DNA of 64,000 nucleotides from Paraspadella gotoi. Its lineage: Eukaryota > Animalia > Chaetognatha. Positions 21,607 to 34,070 of this stretch are shown in pieces (position 1 is the first letter of the stretch; the number at the start of each line of letters is the position of its first letter). The notes under the pieces were generated by a model that saw only the letters and a program-made list of their open reading frames with translations, was not told the origin of the DNA and did no database searches. The position numbers were made by a program, and so were the translations under genes. Location: positions 23,972,002-24,036,001 of the forward strand of contig CM119264.1 in the NCBI GenBank assembly GCA_051294375.1, written 5' to 3'.

Positions 21607-22950
21607 GTGAGAAAGATTATGTATGATAAACTAGGGCGATGCGGTTGATATGAATATATGAATAATATAAATGATATGAGTGATTGATATGAATGGTATG
21701 TTATAAATGATATCAATCGCGAATAAATAACATGAATGATATGACTGATGTCAAATGAAAATGAATCATACGTCGTCGAAAGGAAGCGGTCAAATTTGAG
21801 AAAAACGTGCTTGGCATGCGAAAGAAATTCAATAAACTCTACTGCACTGTTGTACTTTAAATCTGAGTTTACTCGAAAAGTTGAATATTTAAATGTTTTC
21901 CCTCCGCCACAGGCAAAGCCCTTCATTGTACCTCGTTGTGAAAAGGAATGAAAGAGAAACTGAATCCAACTCAAAGAACAACATTCGAAGAAACAGAGAA
22001 GGTATGAGAAAATCTAAATCTAAACTTTCGGATTTTCGTATAAATCTGAATTTGTTTACGTTTTCGACCGGAAGTAAATAAAGATTTAAGATTGTTTATT
22101 GTGGAGCTGAAACGACGAAGAAAGAGACGACGACGACAACGACATTAAAATCCGTTTTTATCTTTGGTCTTTCCGACGAAGTCATAATAATATAATTATT
22201 TCGATCTTTATCTAATCTTCGTCTGCGGTCGAGGTTGGCGCCCAAATTTTTGCCTGGTTACGGTCGTTGTTGCGTTTTTCAGTGGCTGGGAGGATTCGGG
22301 TTCGAGGTCGGGTCATAGACCCAATTAAGGGAAAACGCAGAGGTGAGGCTTAGAAGTTAGGGTTATCGCCATGCTAAATATTTTTGTAAAATATTACTCG
22401 TACTAAAGAGAAAGTTGAGAAACACTTAAAACAGACACTGTTGCCTAATGGAGAGAGAAATGAAATGAATACGTATATATATAGGCAAAGGAAATGACAA
22501 AATAACAAATATTGACCGCCTTCAGACCTACGATAATCCCCCTTCGGCCTTTTTCTTCAAAAGCGCCCCAATTCAACTTAAATTCTTAAATGAGATTGTA
22601 TGATTAGGTTAAGGGTGGAGATAGGGAGTAGTTAAGGATTAGGTTAAGATTAGGGCTAGGTATTGAGGTTTAAGGTTAGAAAATAAGGATTTGGGTTAGG
22701 GATTAGATTGGGATTAAGGATAAGAGTTAAAAATTGGATTAAACTTTTAGAAAAAAATTATAAATATAAGATTTAGGAATCTAGGGGAAAAAAGTGCCTC
22801 TTTCTTACCTTTGCCCTCGAGGGGGCGCCTTCGAATTCGACGTTTTCGGACGAAGCATTGGACTCTTCCGAGGTGTGCCTACGCCGCCGCAACTCGCCCT
22901 TAAGAGGCAGCCGTTCGTCCGCTGAGTTCGACATACTTTGTTTTTTTTTT

Positions 22951-22975
22951 NNNNNNNNNNNNNNNNNNNNNNNNN
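22951..22975. other. Assembly gap (25 N)
   Basis: Run of n. Confidence 1.
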
Positions 22976-23355
22976 CATGCAGCTTTCTTCAATTAATTTC
23001 CTTTTGTTCTTTTAAGCTTCTTTTTACTTTTATTAGGTTTGTCTCATTTATCTATTAACTAAAATCCACCAACGTTCATCAGCGGCATTGTTCAGGAGGC
23101 TAGTCATTGCTGCCCAACTTGATTTGCTATGTCATTATCTGTAGGAGGGGATGGAGGGCTTCAAACCCACTATAGCCCCTTAATTCACTTCATTAGTCGT
23201 CAATATAAATATTGTTTAGTAATTTATCATTTATTTATCGACTTTAACTCAAATTTCATTTTATTTGTTAATTATTCATATATTTAATATTAAATACTCT
23301 TTTGCTCAGACTTCGATTGCGCGAGAGACGAAGAGCAAAAGTTTGTCGCGTCGTC

Positions 23356-24200
23356 CGTCGGAGCAAAGTCTTCGTCGTAGATCTTCTCGACTTCTGGTGA
23401 GTGAGTGTGGTGTGAGTGAGAGAGAGAGGGAGAGATAGTGAGTGTGTGTGTGTATGTGAGAGAGAGGAAGATTGTGATCAACGTCGGAGTAAAGTTCTGT
23501 CGTTGTGATCTTCTTGACTCTGGGAGTGAGTGTGTTGTGTGTGAGAGAGAAGAGGGAGAGATTGTGAGTGTTGTGTGGATGTGAGAGAGAGGGAGAGTTG
23601 TGAGTCGAAACGTCCGGAGCAAAGTTCTTCGTCGTTAATCTTCTCGACTCTGGTGATGCAGTGTGTTGTGAGTGAGAGAGGAAGGGAGAGATTGGAGTTG
23701 TGTGTGTCGTATGTGAAGAGAGGAGAGATTTGGAGTCGAACGCAGAAGTAAAGTTCTTCGTCCGTAGATTCTTCTTGACTCTGGTGAGTGGAGTGTGTGT
23801 GTGTGGTAGAGAGAGAGAGGGAGAGATTGTTGAGTGAGTGTGTGTATGTGAGAGAGAGAGAGGAGAGATTGTGATTGGTGAGTGTATGTGAGAGAAGAGG
23901 AGAGATTGTGGGTGTGTGTGTGGTGTATGTTAGAGAGAGAGATTGTGAATGAGTGTGTGTATGTGAGAGAGGAGAGATTGTAAGGTGAGTTTGTGTATGA
24001 GAGAGGGAAAGATTGTGAGTGTGTGAGAGGGAGAGAGATTGTGTGTGTGTATGTGAGAGAGAGGGAGAGATTGTGTGTGTGTTGATGTTGAGAGGAGAGA
24101 GAGGGAAGATTGTGAGTGTTTGTGTATGTTAGAGAGAGAGAGGGAGAGATGGTGAGTGAGTGTGTTGTATGTGAGAGAGAGAGAGGGAGAGAGATTGTGA
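23356..24200. repeat. Noisy tandem repeat: ~125-bp units decaying into ~30-bp (gt)n/(ga)n units
   Basis: cgtcggag(c/t)aaagt(t)cttcgtcgt..atcttct(c/t)gactctgg recurs at about 23356, 23481, 23611 and 23741 with indel-type variation. Confidence 0.8.
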
Positions 24201-24426
24201 GTATGTTAGCTTAGCGAGTTAGTTGAATGACGTTAAATTCAATGGGTGATGAAAAGCCTGTCCACTCATTCTTCTTCAAATCGTCTTCCTCATCTTCGCC
24301 CTCTTCTCTCTTTCGACCACAAGCCTTTGCCACTCCTCTTGAAGGCGCCACAAAGTCGACAATCTTGTGCGCGACTCATCCCATCAAGCGGCCGCTTTTC
24401 GTCACTTCCGGTTGGAAACGGCGCCG

Positions 24427-26290
24427 AATCGATGGAAGCGAGAAAAAAGAAAAATAGAAGTCTATGGGAGGATGGAGACGGAGAATAAAAAAATATTAAA
24501 AGGGGAAGGACAAAAAAAGGCAGAAAGGGAAGACAAGTGTGGAGGAAAAAAGCAAATATAATAACGAAAAAGTAAAGCGTAGGACAGAAGTAATTAACAA
24601 AATTGCTAAAGTAAAGCAGAGAAAGCTTAAAAAAAATATACTGAAATACAGAAAAACCATTAAAGGAGACAGGAAACAGGAAGTAGAAAAAACTTTTTTT
24701 AAGTTTTCCTTTATCGCAATTGACTGAGATATGAATGAAAGACGATTAATTTCTTATCACGTGATTCAAAGTTCAATTACTTGATTTGCGTTGTTGCCAA
24801 CAATATATTATTCTATTTAACACAAGTTACATGATTTCTCACAATATATATTATATTATATATTATTAAAAGAATATATTACTCCAGTATCAAATATTAA
24901 TCGTCTATTGCCTTTTTTAACCGAGTTAACCGTTAAGAAGAAAAATCGCTGAAAGACTTGTAAGATTAGGATTTGGAGGTCATGAATTATGGGTAAAGGA
25001 GGGACATTGACTGAAGATTGATGAGAGAGCGAAACGAAAAACCCAAAAATCGAAGGATGTTTATCGAATTCGATGAGGGTAAAAGAGAAGTGAGATCCTC
25101 ATCGAGTCCAAAGACCTTGCCAGAAGATATTGTCTGAGGTGGATTTATGAAGGAGTATGCTTTGATTATGGTTCGTTGCTATTTTTTTATTAAATGTTTA
25201 TTTTGAATCATAATCATTTTTCTGACCGAAAATCCGACGTTAAGTTGTCAGTCTTACGATTATTATTCCTAAGGATAGACTCTACATCGTAGTTTTGGTT
25301 ACAAAACAAACAAATAAAACAGCGTGGGATACTTTCCATCTTTACCTGTTTCTACCGCGTTGAAGGAATTCAAAGGTTCCTCGTCGCGAGAAACCTGCGT
25401 TATTATCTGCGTGCTATCCATCACATAAGGAAGACAGATTCTAGTACGGAGGTTCGCACTAGAACAATTGCGTTGAACTTGTCATTTGGTATCGTGGCGA
25501 ACACGACGTCCTTATCCTTATTAAGCTTCAAACTATTTCAATTTTATACAGTCGGCTTTGCACCGTTTTTTCGTCTCCTTGACGCGAGCACCGTGTTCAC
25601 GGGAAACGAAGAATATATTCGTCGTCCACTTCGTTTTCCGTCGGTTTTAAGGTAACCCCACACTCGATTACGTAGCGTCACCCAAGTTTACGCGTTTATT
25701 TACGTTTTTATTTGTGGCGCAACACATCCAACGCAACATTTCAAACATGGAGGGAAAAACGGAGCGGAGAGAAGAGGAGAGAAGAGAAGTGAAAAGAGAA
25801 GAGAAGAGAAGGAGAGAGAGGAGCAGCAAAGAAAGAATTTTGGTTTTGCCTCTCTTGCTTCTTTTTTTCCTTCTATTCGTTCGTCTCTCTCTCTCTCTCA
25901 TCTCTTTGAGCGCGGGAGCACGAATTCGAGCCCAACACAAATCAAATTCATATCATTGATCTCGATATTTTGCAAATCGTAAACATACGGAAAACTAAAT
26001 GGATGCGACAACAGCAATTCCACACTGAGATTCGAGTCACTTGTAGAATTTCTAGGACTTTCAAAGACATTCGGAAGGATAAACTGGGTCCGCTTAGAAG
26101 GATGTAACTGAAATCAACGCGAAAGTCAAGTAACGAAGGTGGGAGAGGCTCGATTCGCTCTTGTTTGGCGGCAGAAGCGCAGCGTTGAGGTAGAAGCTAC
26201 GCGGAGCCCAATTCGAAATAAAAACAGAATGTTGAAAAAAACGAGAAAAAGTAATGTAATGAAAAGGAGAAGAGAGAACACATTTTTACT

Positions 26291-26377
<87 letters not shown>

Positions 26378-27297
26378 AAAAATAAAAGGGACAGATTCGG
26401 CAAGGCTGGTTTTTAATCGAGTACTATCTGAGGGGTGGATGGGATATTCTTTTTGAACCCTGCCGTCCGGGTGGCGTCATGTCGCCTGCGGAGGAGCTTT
26501 TTTCTCCCCGATGATTGGAAGATAAGAAAATCTGTGAATCGGGATGGTGTCCCTAGAGTTTGACCCGCTCAGTGAGCCTGGGAGGAAAAGAGAAAAAATG
26601 ATTAAATTTGGAAGGGTGGAAAATGAAAGGGAACGACCTGAGAGAAGACCGCTTGTTCTTTCATGAGGGTGTTGCCCTTTTAAACCTGTTAAACAAGCGG
26701 AAAACGGACTTAAATAAAGAGTAATCACTGATCAGTCAATTGATCATATTGCAGAGGATCATTGGAAAATAAGTTGCTGATTTGAAATGCCGCAATTAGT
26801 TATCACATTCGTTTGCGTTTACCTATTCCAGTTATGATTTAGAAACAAGAATTATTTTTTTAAAGGATTTTATTTTTTTTAGTCTGACCTTATATTAATA
26901 GTTTTTATATAATTTCGTGTCACTTTTTTCGATAAGCGAATAAAGATTGTGTTTTAATCTGACACGCCTGCTTGCTCTTCAAACTTTTCACCATCTTTCT
27001 GCCAAGACAAAAGGCAACTGAGTTATTTAATATTTTTAAAATAAATTAGAAAATCCGTACTTCCCTTTAGGTTTAAAAATAATCTAAAAGGCTTTTCAAA
27101 TGGTTTCATATTGTCACATGGTATATCTAAAAGAGCCGGCGAAACCCACTTCATAGTCAGAAGCATACACTGATAGAAACCAGAATCAATCAAGAAAATG
27201 AAAATTTCCAGTCTCCACTTATTCGCCAGGCTTCTGATATTTTTCAACACCATTACTTTATATTTACAGGTCATCATTAAACTTTTTTGAGAGAGAG

Positions 27298-27350
<53 letters not shown>

Positions 27351-27845
27351 AGGAGAAAAGAAGGCGGCTTTAAATCAGGTTTTATCTTTTGCCTTGCTCA
27401 GAGACAAGTCGTCGTCATTGTAGTCGTCGTCGACGTCGTGTCTTCCTTCCACGTCTTCAAGATCAGAACTGGAAATGTTTTAAAGTGTAATTAAATCAGG
27501 TGAACGACTATGAAAATGATTATTTAGTATTATTATTATTATTTGTTTGAATCTTTATATTTTCTTTGAAACTGTATTTAATGACGGGATATCGTCGCAT
27601 CGAAGTCTTTAATAACAACCCTCGCGCGACGACTCCGTCCCTCCTCCGATACGGAAGAATCAAAACAACGTGGCTAAAAAAAAAACTTTCGGAAACAAAT
27701 GAACAGCCTAAGGGTAACTAAAGGAGGTAAACGCTGAAAATTGTTGCTCCAGTCAGTGAAAGTTGTTGTCATCGTTCTTATTTTCGTCTTCTTCTTCTTC
27801 TTTCTCTTCTTCTTCTTCTTCATCATCATCATCATCATCATCATC

Positions 27846-27894
<49 letters not shown>

Positions 27895-28157
27895 TCCCTT
27901 TTTTTATCCACCTGCGTCGCTGTCATGGTCGCGTTGTCGTTTTATTTACTTGACCAAAATATAAAATGTGAATATTAATTTTTTAAAAAAATTTGTAAGC
28001 ATTAACTTTTTTTTGGACTTTCCAAAATTTACTTTTACAGTAACTTTTCATAGTTTTTCATAGATTTTTCGTTTGAGGACTCCTTTAGGGCTTATGTCGT
28101 CCGCCAGGTCGACGATTCTTGCTTGAGGACCTGACTCCCTCATCTTAAAGAAAAGAA

Positions 28158-28210
<53 letters not shown>

Positions 28211-30632
28211 ACGCGCTTTGGGAACTTCCATATGGAGTAGTTTTTTTCCGCGCGGAGAATTCAATTTGGAATATTCTCAGCGCTTAAATCCGACAAAGGG
28301 TTTGGTTTGGGTAGATTAAATTATAATTTTTAAAATATTATTAATTAGCATTTGGATATAAGTTCAACATTCATTTTTTATTGCATTCTTCCAGAGTATT
28401 AGCGATTTAAACTTTTTAAATGCAGAACAAAAAAAATTAAACTTTAATTTTTCTACGCAATTTAAAAAAAAAGTCACAAATACGAAAATTCAAATACACG
28501 TCTAAAAATATGTTTTGCATTAATGTAAATACCGTAAAACTCTAAAACGCGTTGAATCATATATCATACAAAATAGGCGCATTGTATTTAAGTATTTAAG
28601 CGACTTGCTAATCCATTCTCTGCGATGTTAGTTTACCTTTATAAAAAAGTAAGGTATTTTTCATATATTTGAAAATTAAAAAAAAAAAACCAGAAAAAAT
28701 ATGATAAGATTTGATTTTTAAAACGATTACGCGGTATGCACTGTACATTAATAATTTTTTTCATTAAAACGTCATAATTATTTTTCAGAAACGAACGCGA
28801 ACCACAATTTAACTTCGTCGGAAAACAATGAAAATTATTTTTAGTAAAAACGAACGACGTCGATCTCACAGTCCCTACAAAAGACGACAATAGTCAATAT
28901 TATCCCACATTTACGAAAAAAAAAGATTTTTGTATATCCACGTTTCACAAAAAAAAAAAGAGAGAAAACTAGCCAGAAAAAAAAAAGGACTGCTGAAATA
29001 AATCAACTCAGAATTACCGCGATTAAATATTTATCTGTAAAATAAAAGATAAGAGCATACAAACAGCAAACCAAGATATATATTCACAAACAAAAAATAA
29101 CAAAACCACCGAACTTTACATGGAATTAAACGAAAACAAGAAATTCAAATGCAGCAACGCGGAGCAAAAATTAAGATGATAGGGAAAGAGACGAAAACGC
29201 GAAAACGAACCATTTGAATTGAAGTCAAGTGACCATCAAATCAGATACAAAGGAAATAAAAAAAACAAAAAAAAAAAACAAAAAAAAAAAACAAATTTTT
29301 TTATTTCCTTTGTATCTGATTTGATGGTCACTTGACTTCAATTCAAATGGTTCGTTTTCGCGTTTTCGTCTCTTTCCCTATCATCTTAATTTTTGCTCCG
29401 CGTTGCTGCATTTGAATTTCTTGTTTTCGTTTAATTCCATGTAAAGTTCGGTGGTTTTGTTATTTTTTGTTTGTGAATATATATCTTGGTTTGCTGTTTG
29501 TATGCTCTTATCTTTTATTTTTACAGATAAATATTTAATCGCGGTAATTCTGAGTTGATTTATTTCAGCAGTCCTTTTTTTTCTGGCTAGTTTTCTCTCT
29601 TTTTTTTGTGAAACGTGGATATACAAAAAAATTTTTTTTCGTAAATGTGGGATAATATTGACTATTGTCGTCTTTTGTAGGGACTGTGAGATCGACGTCG
29701 TTCGTTTTTAACTAAAAATAATTTTCATTGTTTTCCGACGAAGTTAAATTGTGGTTCGCGGTTCGTTTCTGAAAAATAATTATGACGTTTTAATGAAAAA
29801 AATTATTAATGTACAGTGCATACCGCGTAATCGTTTTCAAAAATCAAAATCTTATCATTTTTTTCTGGTTTTTTTTTTTTTAATTTTCAAATATATGAAA
29901 AATACCTTACTTTTTTATAAAGGTAAACTAACATCGCAGAGAATGGATTAGCAAGTCGCTTAAATACTTAAATACAATGCGCCTATTTTGTATGATATAT
30001 GATTCAACGCGTTTTAGAGTTTTACGGTATTTACATTAATGCAAAACATATTTTTAGACGTGTATTTGAATTTTCGTATTTGTGACTTTTTTTTAAATTG
30101 CGTAGAAAAATTAAAGTTTAATTTTTTTTGTTCTGCATTTAAAAAGTTTAAATCCGCTAATACTCTGGAAGAATGCAATAAAAAATGAATGTTGAACTTA
30201 TATCCAAATGCTAATTAATAATATTTTAAAAATTATAATTTAATCTACCCAAACCAAACCCTTTGTCGGATTTAAGCGCTGAGAATATTCCAAATTGAAT
30301 TCTCCGGCGGAAAAAAACTACTCCATATGGAAGTTCCAAAGCGCGTCTCTCTCTCTCTCTCTCTCTCTCTCCTTCTTCTCTTCTTTTTTTCTTTCTTTAA
30401 GATGAGGGAGTCAGGTCCTCAAGCAAGAATCGTCGACCTGGGGGCGAATAAGCCAAAGGAGTCTCAAACGAAAAATCTATGAAAAACTATGAAAAGTAAA
30501 TTTTTGGAAAGTCCAAAAAAAAGTTAATGCTTACAAATTTTTTAAAAAATTAATATTCACTTTTATATTTTGGTCAAGTAAATAAAACGACAACGCGACC
30601 ATGACAGCGACGCAGGTGGATAAAAAAAGGGA

Positions 30633-30669
<37 letters not shown>

Positions 30670-31155
30670 GATGATGATGATGAGTGATGATGATGAAGAA
30701 GAAGAAGAAGAAGAAGAAGAAGACGAAAATAAGAACGATGACAACAACTTTCACTGACTGGAGCAACAATTTTCAGCGTTTACCTCCTTTAGTTTACCCT
30801 TAGGCTGTTCATTTGTTTCCGAAAGTTTTTTTTTTTAGCCACGTTGTTTTGATTCTTCCGTATCGGAGGAGGGACGGAGTCGTCGGCGAGGGTTGTTATT
30901 AAAGACTTCGATGCGACGATATCCCGTCATTAAATACAGTTTCAAAGAAAATATAAAGATTCAAACAAATAAATAATAATAATACTAAATAATCATTTTC
31001 ATAGTCGTTCACCTGATTTAATTACACTTTAAAACATTTCCAGTTCTGATCTTGAAGACGTGGAAGGAAGACACGACGTCGACGACGACTACAATGACGA
31101 CGACTTGTCTCTGAGCAAGGCAAAAGATAAAACCTGATTTAAAGCCGCCTTCTTT

Positions 31156-31223
<68 letters not shown>

Positions 31224-32137
31224 AAAGTTAATGATGACCTGTAAATATAAAGTAATGGTGTTGAAAAATATCAGAAGCCTGGCGAATAAGTGGAGACTGG
31301 ATATTTTCATTTTCTTGATTGATTCTGGTTTCTATCAGTGTATGCTTCTGACTATGAAGTGGGTTTCGCCGGCTCTTTTAGATATACCATGTGACAATAT
31401 GAAACCATTTGAAAAGCCTTTTAGATTATTTTTAAACCTAAAGGGAAGTACGGATTTTCTAATTTATTTTAAAAATATTAAATAACTCAGTTGCCTTTTG
31501 TCTTGGCAGAAAGATGGTGAAAAGTTTGAAGAGCAAGCAGGCGTGTCAGATTAAAAAACACAATCTTTATTCGCTTATCGAAAAAAAAGTGACACGAAAT
31601 TATATAAAAACTATTAATATAAGGTCAGACTAAAAAAAATAAAATCCTTTAAAAAAATAATTCTTGTTTCTAAATCATAACTGGAATAGGTAAACGCAAA
31701 CGAATGTGATAACTAATTGCGGCATTTCAAATCAGCAACTTATTTTCCAATGATCCTCTGCAATATGATCAATTGACTGATCAGTGATTACTCTTTATTT
31801 AAGTCCGTTTTCCGCTTGTTTAACAGGTTTAAAAGGGCAACACCCTCATGAAAGAACAAGCGGTCTTCTCTCAGGTCGTTCCCTTTCATTTTCCACCCTT
31901 CCAAATTTAATCATTTTTTTCTCTTTTCCTCCCAGGCTCACTGAGCGGGTCAAACTCTAGGGACACCATCCCGATTCACAGATTTTCTTATCTTCCAATC
32001 ATCGGGGAGAAAAAAGCTCCTCCGCAGGCGACATGACGCCACCCGGGACGGCAGGGTTTCAAAAAGAATATCCCATCCACCCCCTCAGATAGTTACTCGA
32101 TTAAAACCAGCCTTGCCGAATCTGTCCCTTTTATTTT

Positions 32138-32210
<73 letters not shown>

Positions 32211-34070
32211 AAAATGTGTTCTCTCTTCTCCTTTTCATTACATTACTTTTTCTCGTTTTTTTCAACATTCTGTTTTATTTCGAATTGGGCTCCGCGTAGC
32301 TTCTACCTCACCGCTGCGCTTCTGCCGCCAAACAAGAGCGAATCGAGCCTCTCCCCACCTTCGTTACTTGACTTCGCGTTGATTTCAGTTACATCCTTCT
32401 AAGCGGACCCAGTTTATCCTTTCCGAATGTCTTTGAAAGTCGTAGAAATTCTACAAGTGACTCGAATCTTCAGTCGTGAATTGCTGTTGTCGCATCCATT
32501 TAGTTTTCCGTATGTTACGATTTGCAAAATATCGAGATTCAATGATATGAATTTGATTTGTGTTGGGCTCGAATTCGTGCTCCCGCGCTACAAGAGATGA
32601 GAGAGAGAGAGAGACGAACGAATAGAAGGAAAAAAAGAAGCAAGAGAGGCAAAACCAAATTCTTTCTTTGCTGCTCCTCTTCTCTTCTTCTCTTCTCTTC
32701 TCTTTTCACTTCTCTTCTCTCCTCTTCTCTCCGCTCCGTTTTTCCCTCCATGTTTGAAATGTTGCGTTGGATGTGTTGCGCCACAAATAAAACGTAAATA
32801 AACGCGTAAACTTGGTGACGCTACGTAATCGAGTGCGGGTTACCTTAAAACCGACGGAAAACGAAGTGGACGACGAATATATTCTTCGTTTTCCCGTGAA
32901 CACGGTGCTCGCGTCAAGGAGACGAAAAACGGTGCAAAGCCGACTGTATTAAAATTGAAATAGTTTGAAGCTTAATAAGGATAAGGACGTCGTGTTCGCC
33001 ACGATACCAAATGACAATTCAACGCAATTGTTCTAGTGCGAACCTCCGTACTAGAATCTGTCTTCCTTATTGATGGATAGCACGCAGATAATAACGCAGG
33101 TTTCTCGCGACGAGGAACCTTTGAATTCCTTCAACGCGGTAGAAACAGGTAAAGATGGAAAGTATCCCACGCTGTTTTATTTGTTTGTTTTGTAACCAAA
33201 ACTACGATGTAGAGTCTATCCTTAGGAATAATAATCGTAAGACTGACAACTTAACGTCGGATTTTCGGTCAGTAAAATGATTATGATTCAAAATAAACAT
33301 TTAATAAAAAAATAGCAACGAACCATAATCAAAGCATACTCCTTCATAAATCCACCTCAGACAATATCTTCTGGCAAGGTCTTGGACTCGAATGAGGATC
33401 TCACTTCTCTTTTACCCTTCATCGAATTCGATAAACATCCTTCGATTTTTGGGTTTTTCGTTTCGCTCTCTCATCAATCCTTCAGTCAATGTCCCTCCTT
33501 TACCCATAATTCATGACCTCCAAATCCTAATCTTACAAGTCTTTCAGCGATTTTCTTCTTAACGGTTAACTCGGTTAAAAAAGGCAATAGACGATTAATA
33601 TTTGATACTGGAGTAATATATTCTTTTAATAATATATAATATAATATATATTGTGAGAAATCATGTAACTTGTGTTAAATAGAATAATATATTGTTTGGC
33701 AACAACGCAAATCAAGTAATTGAACTTTGAATCACGTGATAAGAAATTAATCGTCTTTCATTCATATCTCAGTCAATTGCGATAAAGGAAAACTTAAAAA
33801 AAGTTTTTTCTACTTCCTGTTCCTGTCTCCCTTTAATGGTTTTTCTGTATTTCAGTATATTTTTTTTCAAGCTTTCTCTGCTTTACTTAGCAATTTTGTT
33901 AATTACTTTCTGTCCTACGCTTTACTTTTTCGTTATTATATTTTGCTTTTTCCTCCACACTTGTCTTCCCTTTCTGCCTTTTTTTGTCCTTCCCCTTTTA
34001 ATATTTTTTTATTCTCCGTCTCCATCCTCCATAGACTTCTATTTTTCTTTTTCTCTCGCCTTCCATCGAT
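24427..34070. repeat. Giant near-perfect inverted duplication (arms ~24427-29265 and ~29295-34070)
   Basis: The sequence mirrors around an A-rich spacer near 29265-29295. Mirrored ORFs appear in the ORF track (27023-27277 minus vs 31231-31485 plus). The match ends at aatcgatgg (24427) / ccatcgatt (34070). Confidence 0.97.
25350..25425 (-). pseudogene. Inverted duplicate of CTDSP first coding exon in the left palindrome arm
   Basis: Reverse complement of atggatagcacgcagataataacgcagg..gaaacag|gtaaag. No copy of exon 2 follows. Confidence 0.75.

Noticed and set aside
23356-23800. Regularly spaced ~40-bp repeats resembling a CRISPR array
   Set aside because: The spacers are themselves similar (gt/ga-rich), there are no cas genes and the context is eukaryotic; it is a noisy tandem repeat.
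27741-27978. Poly-S/H/F/I ORFs (also 30563-30769) and ER/LS-repeat ORFs elsewhere
   Set aside because: Translations of (tct)n/(cat)n and (ga)n microsatellites.
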